Shown here: one piece after another, positions 63,957 through 64,000 of the stretch
How the letters are laid out: the number at the start of each line of letters is the position of its first letter
Numbering within the stretch: position 1 is the stretch's first letter
NCBI RefSeq assembly: GCF_001194135.2
Contig: NC_068989.1
Span: 81,175,646 to 81,239,645, forward strand
Source of the DNA: Octopus bimaculoides
Lineage: Eukaryota
Direction: 5' to 3'
Length of the DNA: 64,000 nt
The notes under the pieces: model-generated
The model's database searches: none
What the model was told of the DNA's origin: nothing
What the model saw: only the letters and a program-made list of their open reading frames with translations
Program-made: the position numbers and the translations under genes

Positions 63957-64000
63957 ATCATCATCATCATCATCGTTTAACGTCCGCTTTCCATGCTAGC
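63957..64000 (-). mobile_element. RTE 3' tail cut by the window edge
   Basis: catcatcatcatcgtttaacgtccgctttccatgctagc. Confidence 0.9.

Noticed and set aside
1-64000. CRISPR arrays, rRNA, snRNA or prokaryotic systems
   Set aside because: No repeat-spacer arrays or matching conserved motifs; the window is clearly eukaryotic and intron-rich.

Overview
AT-rich, repeat-dense animal genomic DNA with eight N-gaps. The SINE/LINE repertoire looks like Octopus (inference). The one clearly supported protein-coding gene is GBF1 (Golgi Arf1-GEF) on the minus strand. Nine GT-AG, phase-consistent coding exons (45657 down to 1498) give the N-terminal 467 aa: the DCB region, the acidic Ser/Thr linker and the start of the HUS region. 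The Sec7 domain and 3' end lie left of position 1. A CpG-rich, promoter-like zone spans roughly 47.5-55 kb. The rest is mostly tRNA-derived SINEs, RTE, CR1 and Jockey/I-like LINE relics, DNA-transposon relics (Tc1/mariner, hAT-like, piggyBac-like) and microsatellites. Best leads: (1) an 18-nt in-frame microexon candidate (QDSELE, 9032-9049) with a UGC motif at -13, the SRRM4/eMIC neural-microexon signature; (2) a duplicated ~132-bp intronic element with compensatory base changes and conserved H-box and ACA positions (41845-42307); (3) inverted telomeric repeats and a 12-bp CRE palindrome near the GBF1 5' end; (4) several long inverted repeats that could form dsRNA. All alignments and folds were done by eye; no searches were run. 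Exon numbers assume one untranslated first exon.
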